64,000 nt of DNA from an uncultured bacterium. GTDB taxonomy: Bacteria; Verrucomicrobiota; Verrucomicrobiia; Verrucomicrobiales; V1-33. Of the stretch, positions 37,609 to 46,462 are shown in pieces. The stretch's first letter is position 1. Each line of letters begins with the position of its first letter. The stretch covers positions 8,732 through 72,731 of the forward strand of contig CAJBME010000240.1 in assembly GCA_903954065.1 (NCBI GenBank), written 5' to 3'. Under the pieces are notes generated by a model, which was not told the DNA's origin, ran no database searches, and saw only the letters and a program-made list of their open reading frames with translations. Both the position numbers and the translations under genes were made by a program.

Positions 37609-39786
37609 ATGAATCAACTTCTGACTTCCAGAACGTCTCGTTACGGCAACCGGCTGGCGGCGCCGCGCCCCGGATCGGTCGACTCACTGCCGCCGGATCC
37701 CGCGACTGCCTTCCTCACCCCGGAACTCGAAGACGCGTCGGAAGCCGCCGCCTTGATGCCGCTGCGACTGCTGCGCGCGACCACCACCATGCCCGCGGAA
37801 ACAATGGTCCGCCATCTGGGGCGCCTGCCCCACACCGCCGAGCCGTGGCTGCCTCTAGCCACCCTCGGACCACTGCTGATCGTAGGGCATTATGACCCTG
37901 CCAGCAGTGACACTTGGGGACTGCCGTCGTTTCTCATCATCCGCACGCGCCTCTCCCAGAGCGATTACGCCGCAGTAGGTCAAGATTTGCAAAGCCGACT
38001 GACGCTCCATCCAATGGCCGCCACCAATCCCTTGGAGGGCACCCTGCACGCGCCGCCTCCCGTCGGCAGCCCCTTGGCCGCAGTTCTCGCTTGGTTCACA
38101 GAACAATACCCCTTTGCCTCCAGCGAAGACGCTGAGCGTATGCGCCGCCTAGTGGACGAAAACCGTGACAAGCCACTCCGGCGCCTCGAAGACATGCTGT
38201 TCCTGCCCCGCCACTATGGCGTGGCCCTCTACCATCTGGCCACCGGCCTGCCTGTCTTCAACCCGGAACTCGCGCCCGCTCAAGATCTTTTTCCACCGGA
38301 ACTGCTGGAAAAACACGGGGTTTACCCGCTCCACATCGGAGAAGACACGGTCCATTTGCTCTGCGCCAGCACCAGCATCTACGCCTTCGAGGATGAATGG
38401 CTCTCATCAGGCCACTCCGCCCTCTCGATGCAGCCAGTCCTCGCCGACCCCTCCGCCATCCGCGCGACCATCGCCCGCGACCGGTCAAGAGCCGCCCGCG
38501 CCACCACCACCCCCCAAGTCGGTGAACTCTACTTCTCGGATCAAGTCGAAAACCTCGTGGAAATCGATCCGGTCGACATCGCCCGCGTCAATCCCCAAAA
38601 TCCAAACCACACTCCGGAACAAGTCGTCCAGTGGATTCTCTGGCGGGCCATCACCATGCGCTCGTCCGATCTGCACGTGGAGAAATTTTACAACATGGCC
38701 CGATTTCGGGCCCGCGTGGACGGTGAGCTCGTCACGATTTATTCCTGCTCCGAGGAATACCTGCAGCGGTACGTAGCCATGTTTAAAAATTACTGCGGCA
38801 TGGGCCAGCAGCGACAGGACACGCAGGACGGACGGTTCTCCATCAGAATCGGCCAGCGCCGACTCGATGTGCGCGTGGCCGCCATCCCATGCCGTCGCGA
38901 ACAACAGAAACTCGTCATGCGGTTTCTGGATAAACAAGACGGCATTAAACAACTCTCAGAACTCAACCTCTCGCCACGACAGGCCGCCATCATCCGCGAC
39001 GTGACCCACCGCGATCAGGGACTCTGCCTCGTCACCGGACCGACCGGATCCGGCAAAACCACCACCCTCTACGCCTTCATCAACTCGATCAACAGCGAGA
39101 ACGTCAACATCCAAACCATCGAAGATCCGATCGAATACGAGATCGAGGGCATCAATCAAACGCAGACCGACCCGTACCACGGCATCACTTTTGCCACCGG
39201 CCTGCGCTCGTTGCTGCGCTGCGATCCGGATGTGATTCTCGTCGGCGAATCACGCGACCCGGAGACGGCCCAGGCGTCCATTAATGCCGCTCTGACCGGG
39301 CACCTCGTCTTCACCACCCTACATGCCAATGACTCGCTACGCGCCGTGTCGCGATTGATGAGCATGGGGGTCGAAAACTACCTGCTCGCGGACGCACTCT
39401 GCCTAAGCCAGGCCCAGCGGCTGGTGCGCCGCCTCTGTCCGTATTGTAAAGCAGCCACCCCCATCACCTCGGAAATTGCCGATCACCTCGGCCGCCATGG
39501 CGCCCTCAAGGACGGCCGCGTCCCGCCCACCCCCATTTACCAAAAAAGTGGATGCCCCGAATGCAACGGGGTCGGATACTCCGGTCGCGTGGCCCTCATG
39601 GAAATGTGCCCGGTCGATGCCGAGCTGCAAAACCTCGTCGCCACCGGAGCCAGCATGCAAAGCATGCGCGCCGTCGCCGTGCGATCTGGATTTCTCAGCC
39701 TGTACCAAGAAGGACTCGCGCATGTTCTCGCCGGCAACACCAGCTTCGAGGAAATTGCCTGCCTGAGTTACACCGCCGCACCGTAA
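37609..39786 (+). CDS. type II/IV secretion-family assembly ATPase (PilB/GspE-like)
   Basis: Walker A GPTGSGKTTTLYA, Asp box, Walker B ILVGESRD, His box TGHLVFTTLHAND and a tetracysteine CPYC...CPEC motif. The ~330-aa N-terminal region has two GSPII_E_N-like segments. Confidence 0.92.
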   Translation: MNQLLTSRTSRYGNRLAAPRPGSVDSLPPDPATAFLTPELEDASEAAALMPLRLLRATTTMPAETMVRHLGRLPHTAEPWLPLATLGPLLIVGHYDPASSDTWGLPSFLIIRTRLSQSDYAAVGQDLQSRLTLHPMAATNPLEGTLHAPPPVGSPLAAVLAWFTEQYPFASSEDAERMRRLVDENRDKPLRRLEDMLFLPRHYGVALYHLATGLPVFNPELAPAQDLFPPELLEKHGVYPLHIGEDTVHLLCASTSIYAFEDEWLSSGHSALSMQPVLADPSAIRATIARDRSRAARATTTPQVGELYFSDQVENLVEIDPVDIARVNPQNPNHTPEQVVQWILWRAITMRSSDLHVEKFYNMARFRARVDGELVTIYSCSEEYLQRYVAMFKNYCGMGQQRQDTQDGRFSIRIGQRRLDVRVAAIPCRREQQKLVMRFLDKQDGIKQLSELNLSPRQAAIIRDVTHRDQGLCLVTGPTGSGKTTTLYAFINSINSENVNIQTIEDPIEYEIEGINQTQTDPYHGITFATGLRSLLRCDPDVILVGESRDPETAQASINAALTGHLVFTTLHANDSLRAVSRLMSMGVENYLLADALCLSQAQRLVRRLCPYCKAATPITSEIADHLGRHGALKDGRVPPTPIYQKSGCPECNGVGYSGRVALMEMCPVDAELQNLVATGASMQSMRAVAVRSGFLSLYQEGLAHVLAGNTSFEEIACLSYTAAP

Positions 39787-39793
39787 AGGAACA

Positions 39794-40048
39794 GTGGCAA
39801 GCCCTCGTCGGGAAGTTAATCAACTTCCCGCTGGCCGGATACGCCGGCCCCGGTTTCCACACTTGGCCTTCGGGCCACATCCCTCAAGACACGGCTCTGA
39901 ATCCGCTTCTTCGCATCCGACCCCCTACCAAAAAAAGGTTCGGAGAGACGTTCGGCGCCGCGACCGGGGTCAGCGACCCACGGCTACAAAAGATCTGGAT
40001 CCGAAACGATTACGCAGGTCCGTTAACTTCCCGACGAGGGCTTGCCAC
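39794..40048 (+). repeat. 255-bp element bounded by perfect 26-bp inverted repeats (structured RNA, giant terminator or MITE-like element)
   Basis: gtggcaagccctcgtcgggaagttaa (39794-39819) is the exact reverse complement of ttaacttcccgacgagggcttgccac (40023-40048). Internal hairpins include tggcc-ttcg-ggcca (39864-39877) and gggaagtt-aatc-aacttccc (39810-39829). Confidence 0.85.
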
Positions 40049-40196
40049 CTATTTTGCGAAATTCCCAAGGCGATACCCTGGGTTTGGGCCGTAAAACGAT
40101 GCCGATCCTACCGGGGCGGAATGAAAGGGTGGCTTTCTGGCCGATGAGAGTGGCAGGGTCAGAGGCGCCGAGTGAACCAAGACAAGGCGGTCCGCC

Positions 40197-40979
40197 TCAA
40201 GCCGGAACCGGCAACGGGGAAGTCAGCCGCGCGCGAGGCGTCAAGATTTCCGGGTCCCCCTGGGTGATGAGAACCGTATGCTCAAAGTGACTGCTCGGAC
40301 GGCCGTCGACAGTAACCGCCGTCCAGTTGTCGGCCAAAACGCGCGTTTTACCGCGACCCATGTTGATCATGGGTTCGATGGCGAGAATCATGCCGGCCTT
40401 CAGTTTGGTCCTGATAGACGGGTCGGCCCAGTTGGGCACTTGCGGTTCTTCGTGGAGTCGGCGTCCGACCCCATGACCCACGAATTGCCGGACGACACTA
40501 AACCCATGGCGGGTCACCAGTTTTTCGACGGCACCGCACAGATCACGCAGGCTGTTGTTATGACGCGCGAATGAAATAGCGGCGTCTAGGGAGTCCTCGG
40601 TAGCCTGCAGTAAACGCCACGTTTCAGGATCGATGTCGCCCACCGGCACGGTCATGGCATTATCCCCGACCCAGCCGTTGAGATAAACACCGACATCAAG
40701 CTTCACAATGTCGCCGTCACGGATAATCCGCGACGATCTCCCGATGCCATGCACGACTTCGTCGTTCAACGAAATACAGATATTAGCCGGGTAGTTACGG
40801 TACCCAAGGAATGCGCTGGTGCAGCCGTTCTCGCGAATGAGGTCAGCCGCCAGTCGATCGACCTCAGCGGTGGAGATCCCGGCACGAACCTGAGTGGCGA
40901 CAAGCCCCAGAATCTTGGCGGCTGCATGACCCGCCTGCCTCATCCCCTCAATTTCCTTTCCCTGGCGTAAGTGAATCAC
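40197..40979 (-). CDS. map: type I methionyl aminopeptidase
   Basis: KEIEGMRQAGHAAAKIL, VHGIG, metal ligands in DIVKLDVGV..GWVGD, FVGHGVG and EPMI. The start is GTG 40979 or TTG 41009. Confidence 0.93.
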   Translation of the reverse strand: MIHLRQGKEIEGMRQAGHAAAKILGLVATQVRAGISTAEVDRLAADLIRENGCTSAFLGYRNYPANICISLNDEVVHGIGRSSRIIRDGDIVKLDVGVYLNGWVGDNAMTVPVGDIDPETWRLLQATEDSLDAAISFARHNNSLRDLCGAVEKLVTRHGFSVVRQFVGHGVGRRLHEEPQVPNWADPSIRTKLKAGMILAIEPMINMGRGKTRVLADNWTAVTVDGRPSSHFEHTVLITQGDPEILTPRARLTSPLPVPA

Positions 40980-41051
40980 GGTAAATACTCTTAGGGCTGA
41001 TCCAAGCAAAACGCTCAGAAGTTGAGCGCCTGCTGGGCGATGATCCCGGGG

Positions 41052-42569
41052 TTACTGACCTGCACCGCTAAAAGCGAACATGGCAGCTCCAACAATAATC
41101 ACAGCGCAGAGAATAAGCAGCCAAGTGATGTTGCCACCAGCGATACCACCCGTTTCGGCTCCCTGACGCTCGAAGCGACCGCGAATCCGACCTTTGCGAA
41201 GGAAACCGTCATAATGCTTCTGCAACAGATGGGTTTCGATCTGGCGCATCATGTCGAGGAGAACCCCAACGAGAATGAGCAAACTGGTGCCTCCGAAGAA
41301 CTGGGAAACCGTAGGAGTCACGCCAGCCCAGTTGGAGATGATGGTGGGCAGGACCGCGATGATGACGAGAAAAATAGCACCAGCGAACGTCAGCCGGCTC
41401 ATCGTATAATCGAGGAAATCAGCTGTGGGTTTCCCAGGACGAACCCCTGGAATATAACCGCCGTTTTTCTTGAGATCTTCAGAGATCTGTGTCGGTTGGA
41501 ACATGGTCGCCACCCAGAAGTAACTGAAGAAGAAAATCAGAATGGCATCGAGAACGTAGTACCAAACACTCGTGTGGGAAAACAAGTTCTGCAACTTCGC
41601 ACCCCAAGCGCTAGCGCCAGCGAGAGTGGTCGCAATCCAAGTGGGGAACAAGATGATCGCTTGAGCAAAAATGATCGGCATGACACCGGCATAATTGATC
41701 TTAAGGGGCAAGTAGGTCGACTGACCTCCTACCACCTTCCGGCCCATTTGGCGTTTCGCATACTGGATGTTGACTCGCCGGGCCGCTTGCGTAATGGCCA
41801 CCACCCCTGCAATCACTGCGAGAAGGAGAGCGAGCAACATCACCAACCCGAGAGCCTTCAGAGAAGTATCTTGATCACCCGTAATGTACGTTTTCCACAC
41901 CTGAACCAAGGCCCCAGGAAGCGCGGTTAAGATGTTGGCCGAGATGATAAGAGACATCCCGTTACCGACGCCACGCTCCGTAATTTGGTCGCCCATCCAC
42001 ATGAGCAACATGGAAGCAGCCGTCATGGTTAGGACCGCAATCAGCTGAAATTGTAGGCCACCGTGAGGGATCAAAACGTTGCGAGTTTGATCCAGAAACT
42101 CACCGAGCTGTGGAAGAAGGATGTTCTGCGATGGATTCAACAATCCACCCACCATCATCCAGCCTTGAACCAAACAGAGAGCAATGGCCGCATAACGGGT
42201 CAACTGAGTGATACGCTGGCGACCGCCCTCTTCTTTGGCCAGTTTGCCCAAGCGCGGAACTACCGCAGTCAGGAGCTGCATCATGATGCTAGCACTGATG
42301 TAAGGCATAATGCCGAGCGCAAACAGAGCGCATTTGGCGATACCACCACCAGAGAAAACATTCAGCAATTGGGCGAACGCAGCACCGCCACCTTCCCCCT
42401 TCATCGCCTGCTGCTTGCTGTACTCGACCCACTCGTGAACAACCACAGGGTCGACACCAGGCAGAGTGATGTGAGTCCCGATTTGGACTACCACCAGCAT
42501 TAACAGAGTGAACAAGATCCGTTTCCGAAGCTCGGGGATCTTGAAGGAGTTGGCGAAGGCCGATATCAT
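41052..42569 (-). CDS. secY: preprotein translocase subunit SecY (with extra C-terminal hydrophobic tail)
   Basis: MISAFANSFKIPELRKRILFTLLMLVVVQIGTHITLPGVDP..., 505 aa. The canonical end ...YDGFLRKGRIRGR is followed by about 40 more residues that include a hydrophobic helix. Confidence 0.95.
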   Translation of the reverse strand: MISAFANSFKIPELRKRILFTLLMLVVVQIGTHITLPGVDPVVVHEWVEYSKQQAMKGEGGGAAFAQLLNVFSGGGIAKCALFALGIMPYISASIMMQLLTAVVPRLGKLAKEEGGRQRITQLTRYAAIALCLVQGWMMVGGLLNPSQNILLPQLGEFLDQTRNVLIPHGGLQFQLIAVLTMTAASMLLMWMGDQITERGVGNGMSLIISANILTALPGALVQVWKTYITGDQDTSLKALGLVMLLALLLAVIAGVVAITQAARRVNIQYAKRQMGRKVVGGQSTYLPLKINYAGVMPIIFAQAIILFPTWIATTLAGASAWGAKLQNLFSHTSVWYYVLDAILIFFFSYFWVATMFQPTQISEDLKKNGGYIPGVRPGKPTADFLDYTMSRLTFAGAIFLVIIAVLPTIISNWAGVTPTVSQFFGGTSLLILVGVLLDMMRQIETHLLQKHYDGFLRKGRIRGRFERQGAETGGIAGGNITWLLILCAVIIVGAAMFAFSGAGQ

Positions 42570-42612
42570 GATACGCAGTGGACGGAGACGCTCGGGGGAC
42601 GGGACGGCCCGC

Positions 42613-43068
42613 TTACGATGCGGCCAGAGCCGTCACGGTACCACCGGCTTTTTCGATTTTTTCGCGGGCGGAAGCACTGATGGCCGCCACGGAGACAGTG
42701 AAGGACTTGGTGACCTCACCAGAGCCGAGAATCTTCACACCGTGATAACGGCCACGAAGAATACCGGACTCACGGAGGGCGAGTTCATTGATTTCTGCAC
42801 CTGCCTCGAAACGTTCTTCCAAAGTGGAGAGATTGATCACGGCGTAATTGGTGGCAAAGCGGGCATTGTTAAAACCCTTGCCTGGCACCCGGCGATACAA
42901 TGGCATCTGACCACCTTCGAAACCGAGGCGGATGGCCGCTCCAGCGCGGGCCTTTTGACCTTTGTGACCGCGACCGGATGTTTTTCCGTGACCGGAGCTT
43001 TCGCCGCAACCGAGGCGCTTGCGACGGTGCTTGGCCCCTGGGCGAGGCGCGAGTTCATGAAGTCTCAT
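42613..43068 (-). CDS. rplO: 50S ribosomal protein L15
   Basis: MRLHELAPRPGAKHRRKRLGCGESSGHGKTSGRGHKGQKAR, and operon position. Confidence 0.95.
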   Translation of the reverse strand: MRLHELAPRPGAKHRRKRLGCGESSGHGKTSGRGHKGQKARAGAAIRLGFEGGQMPLYRRVPGKGFNNARFATNYAVINLSTLEERFEAGAEINELALRESGILRGRYHGVKILGSGEVTKSFTVSVAAISASAREKIEKAGGTVTALAAS

Positions 43069-43150
43069 ATAAAAAGTAGATTAAAGTGATAACGAGTTCC
43101 CGCCGAGGACGAGCGGCCTCAGCCGCCCGCACCCACGTCTGGGAAAATGG

Positions 43151-43693
43151 TTAGATTGCTTGCTGCTCGGGCAGTTTTTTGCCGCGGGCACGATAGATAC
43201 TGTCACGGTGACGGAGTTTGACAAGAGCCTCAAGCGTCGCCTTGACAACGTTAGCGTGGTTCTTGGATCCGAGGCTCTTCGCGAGCACATCTTTGACCCC
43301 AGCGGCTTCCAAAACAGCGCGCACCCCGCCCCCAGCAATAATGCCGGTACCTGGGCTGGCTGGCTTCAGCAGAACCTTGCCACCGCCAAACTCACCGTAG
43401 GTTTCATGAGGAATGGTATGCTCGCGGATAGCGACCGTTTGCAGTTCCTTCTTGGCCGATTCAGTCGCCTTTTTGATGGCGTCCGAAACTTCGTTGGCCT
43501 TGCCAAATCCGAATCCGACGCGACCCGAACGGTCACCGGAAACGACGAGCGCACTGAAGCTAAAGCGACGGCCGCCCTTAACGACCTTGGCGCATCGGTT
43601 GATGAAGACGACTTTGTCCGAAAATTGCGGGCCATCGCCCGGCTCGGCATTGCGATCGGGTTCGCGGGAATTCCGTTGGTTTCTCATGCTCAA
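43151..43693 (-). CDS. rpsE: 30S ribosomal protein S5
   Basis: [42 protein letters not shown]. Confidence 0.95.
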   Translation of the reverse strand: MSMRNQRNSREPDRNAEPGDGPQFSDKVVFINRCAKVVKGGRRFSFSALVVSGDRSGRVGFGFGKANEVSDAIKKATESAKKELQTVAIREHTIPHETYGEFGGGKVLLKPASPGTGIIAGGGVRAVLEAAGVKDVLAKSLGSKNHANVVKATLEALVKLRHRDSIYRARGKKLPEQQAI

Positions 43694-43711
43694 TTGATGG
43701 TCGGGGACAAA

Positions 43712-44068
43712 TTAAAATTTAAGGCCAGCGGAACGGGCTGCGTCGGCCAAAGCCTTCACTTTCCCGTGGAAGGTGAATCCACCGCGATCGAAAACAACGG
43801 CTTCGACTTGATGCTCTTTGGCGCGAGCGGCAATGAGTTCGCCGATCTTCGTGGCGGCAGCCACATTGGCGCCCTTCACGGTGCTGGCCTTTTCCATGGT
43901 CGAAGCAGCAGCCAAAGTCACGCCCTTGGTGTCGTCGATGACTTGGGCGTAAACATGCTGCCCGGAAAAGTGAACGGCCAAACGAGGACGAGCCGTGGTG
44001 CCGGAAACTTTCTTACGAACCCGGCGATGAACCACGCGGTGCGCGGCTTTACGAATATACTGAGGCAT
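43712..44068 (-). CDS. rplR: 50S ribosomal protein L18
   Basis: [29 protein letters not shown]...[22 protein letters not shown]. Confidence 0.95.
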   Translation of the reverse strand: MPQYIRKAAHRVVHRRVRKKVSGTTARPRLAVHFSGQHVYAQVIDDTKGVTLAAASTMEKASTVKGANVAAATKIGELIAARAKEHQVEAVVFDRGGFTFHGKVKALADAARSAGLKF

Positions 44069-44089
44069 TGTCTAAAAATGGTAAAGGGA

Positions 44090-44629
44090 CTATTGAACGC
44101 TCTTGCCAGCCTTGCGGCGGACTTGCTCACCGGCATAACGAATGCCTTTGCCTTTGTATGGCTCAGGCGGGTAGTAGCTCCGCACATCCGCTGCAAACTG
44201 ACCAACCAATTGGCGATCGATGCCATCGACGCGAATTTTAGTATTGTCAGTCACCGTGACCTGCAAGGTCGCTGGGATCGGATGAAGAACAGGATGGCTT
44301 TTGCCGACGCTCAAATCAAGCTTGTCGCCTTTGACGGCAGCCCGGAAGCCAGTGCCCTGGATCTCAAGGCTTTTGGTGAATCCATCGCTGACGCCCTTGA
44401 CCAAATTGTTGATGATGGCGCGCGCTGTGCCGTGCATAGCACGAGCACGACGATCTTCCGAGGTCCGGGTGACGGCGAGAACGGACTCGCGAACTTCCAA
44501 ATTAACCCCGTTAGGCAGGGTCCATTCGAGTTTGCCCTTAGGTCCCTCGACGGTCACTAGACCGGCGGCCCCCGCTTTCACAGAGACTTTGGACGGCAGA
44601 ACTATGGTCTTATTACCAACTCGTGACAT
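44090..44629 (-). CDS. rplF: 50S ribosomal protein L6
   Basis: MSRVGNKTIVLPSKVSV...VEGPKGKLEWTLP...YPPEPYKGKGIRY. Confidence 0.95.
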   Translation of the reverse strand: MSRVGNKTIVLPSKVSVKAGAAGLVTVEGPKGKLEWTLPNGVNLEVRESVLAVTRTSEDRRARAMHGTARAIINNLVKGVSDGFTKSLEIQGTGFRAAVKGDKLDLSVGKSHPVLHPIPATLQVTVTDNTKIRVDGIDRQLVGQFAADVRSYYPPEPYKGKGIRYAGEQVRRKAGKSVQ

Positions 44630-44654
44630 GATATTCGATGCTGTATGGGTGAAA

Positions 44655-45053
44655 TTACCAAACTTCGGCTAGGTACTCGCCGCCAACATTGGCGCGACGA
44701 GCCTTGGCTCCAGAAAGGATACCTTTCGGTGTAGAGAGAATGGCAATGCCAAAACCTTTGATGACCTTAGGTACATCTTGGGATCCAACATAACGCCGAC
44801 GGCCTGGCTTGCTTACCCGACGTAGATCGGTCAGGGCAGCGGTTTTGCCTTCAAAACGATTGGTGACAACCAAACGAGTGAAACCGTCAACCGTAGTGAC
44901 TTCGTAGTTCCAGATAAACCCTTCTTCTTTCAGAATGCGGGCGATGTCCACTTTAATGCGGGAGTGCGGAGCGTCGAATGTCTCCTTGCGAGCACGCACG
45001 GAGTTTTTCAGACGGGTCAAAAAGTCGGCGATAGGATCGGTCAATGTGGCCAT
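44655..45053 (-). CDS. rpsH: 30S ribosomal protein S8
   Basis: Start moved to MATLTDPIADFLTRLKNSVRARKETF (ATG at 45053). The track ORF extends to 45191 and overlaps rplE. Confidence 0.93.
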   Translation of the reverse strand: MATLTDPIADFLTRLKNSVRARKETFDAPHSRIKVDIARILKEEGFIWNYEVTTVDGFTRLVVTNRFEGKTAALTDLRRVSKPGRRRYVGSQDVPKVIKGFGIAILSTPKGILSGAKARRANVGGEYLAEVW

Positions 45054-45081
45054 GACAAGAGAAAAGTAAACTGCGACAGGA

Positions 45082-45684
45082 TCAAGCTGCCTGGGATGTG
45101 GTTTGGGTAGGAGGCGCTTCGTTTGGATTCCGACGGAATGGCATCCCGAGCGCCTTGAGGAGCTCACGAGCTTCTTCGTCCGTCCGCGCACTGGTCACGA
45201 TACAAATATCGAAACCGAGATTGCGTTTGACCTTGTCGATTTCGATTTCGGGAAAGATCGTGTGATCTTTGATACCTAAAGTATAGTTGCCACGGCCATC
45301 GAAGGCGCGAGTGGCAACACCACGGAAGTCACGAATGACGGGAATCGCCAATTTGATCAGGCGCTCCAGGAATTCGTACATATTGCGACCGCGCAGTGTG
45401 ACCTTCACGCCGACTGGTTCCCCAGCACGAAGCTTAAAGTTTGAAATAGCGAGTTTCGCCTTGGTAATCACTGGGCGTTGACCCGTGATCTTGGCGACAT
45501 CGTTGGCCGCGTCTTCGACGGCCACCTTGCGATCAGCCTCCTTGCCGACGGAACAATTGATGACCACCTTTTCGATCCGTGGGATCTGATGGACATTTTT
45601 CAAGGCCAGCTTTTCGCGCAGAGCGGGAACAGCGTGTTCTTGATAATACTTTTTGAGTGCGGGTGCGGGTGCCATGGCGGACAA
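45082..45684 (-). CDS. rplE: 50S ribosomal protein L5
   Basis: LKKYYQEHAVPALREKLALKNVHQIPRIEKVVINCSVG...RGRNMYEFLERLI. Confidence 0.95.
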   Translation of the reverse strand: MSAMAPAPALKKYYQEHAVPALREKLALKNVHQIPRIEKVVINCSVGKEADRKVAVEDAANDVAKITGQRPVITKAKLAISNFKLRAGEPVGVKVTLRGRNMYEFLERLIKLAIPVIRDFRGVATRAFDGRGNYTLGIKDHTIFPEIEIDKVKRNLGFDICIVTSARTDEEARELLKALGMPFRRNPNEAPPTQTTSQAA

Positions 45685-45687
45685 TGA

Positions 45688-46026
45688 TTACTTCTTCTTG
45701 CTTTTACCAGCGGGCTTGGCCGCGGCCGTTGATTCGACGAGTCGAACGTTTGAAATATGAATCGGGCCTTCGCGCTCGATAATACCACCTTCAGGCGATT
45801 GTTGATTTTTGCGCTGATGCTTTTTGATCATGCGAAGTCCCTCAACCAATACTTGATTTTTGGCTGGGAAAACCGCGAGTACGCGGCCTTGACGCTGAGC
45901 GGCGGTGCGCTTCACCTTGATGGGATCCATCGACGGATCTTTTGGTTGCTCATAAGTATAGAGCTGACCACCGGAGATGACTTCGACGAGATCGCCCTTG
46001 TGGACGTGAGTTTTAATGCGGCTCAT
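45688..46026 (-). CDS. rplX: 50S ribosomal protein L24
   Basis: MSRIKTHVHKGDLVEVISG (KOW motif), and operon position. Confidence 0.93.
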   Translation of the reverse strand: MSRIKTHVHKGDLVEVISGGQLYTYEQPKDPSMDPIKVKRTAAQRQGRVLAVFPAKNQVLVEGLRMIKKHQRKNQQSPEGGIIEREGPIHISNVRLVESTAAAKPAGKSKKK

Positions 46027-46030
46027 GGCG

Positions 46031-46399
46031 TTAGAGAACCTCCGGGGCGAGGGACACGATTTTCATGAAGTTTTTCTCGCGAAGTTCGCGAGCCACCGGG
46101 CCGAAAATGCGGGTGCCCTTGGGGTTTTGATCTTTCTTCTCGATGATGACAACCGCGTTGTGATCAAAGCGAAGGTATGATCCATCAGCACGGCGAACCG
46201 GTTGACGAGTGCGCACGACTACAGCCGTGACGACATCACCCTTCTTGACGCTGCCAGTTGGCGACGCTTCACGGACGTTGCATGTGATGATGTCGCCCAC
46301 ATGAGCGAAACGGGTTGGTTTCCCAAGCACCCCGATCATCTTGGCCATTTTGGCCCCGGTATTGTCGGCCACCACCAGGCGGCTGCGCATTTGAATCAT
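46031..46399 (-). CDS. rplN: 50S ribosomal protein L14
   Basis: [26 protein letters not shown]..., 122 aa. Confidence 0.96.
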   Translation of the reverse strand: MIQMRSRLVVADNTGAKMAKMIGVLGKPTRFAHVGDIITCNVREASPTGSVKKGDVVTAVVVRTRQPVRRADGSYLRFDHNAVVIIEKKDQNPKGTRIFGPVARELREKNFMKIVSLAPEVL

Positions 46400-46462
46400 G
46401 AGTATTCCTCCTAAAAATTGAAAAGTGTAGACTGCCTCACGGCAGGAAAGTCTGAGATGATC

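Noticed and set aside
39552-40147. ORFs 39552..40094 (+) and 39794..40147 (+) across the inverted-repeat element
   Set aside because: They are Arg/Pro/Gly-rich. One overlaps the ATPase out of frame, and both read straight through both arms of a perfect inverted repeat. The region is better explained as non-coding structure.
40049-40196. Possible SRP (4.5S), 6S, tmRNA or RNase P RNA in the map/pilB-like intergenic space
   Set aside because: I compared it by eye with the conserved SRP helix-8 sequence (GGUCCGGAAGGAAGCAGCC), the RNase P GGAAAGUCCGGGC motif and tRNA-like ends, and found no match. A weak hairpin (gaggc-ggac-gcctt on the minus strand) after map is too poor to call a terminator.
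43160-44560. 466-aa plus-strand ORF across rpsE-rplR-rplF. Similar cases: 50588..51679, 53587..54750, 49803..50576 and 55327..55869
   Set aside because: These run antisense to unmistakable ribosomal protein and EF-G genes and span several gene boundaries, which a real gene would not do.
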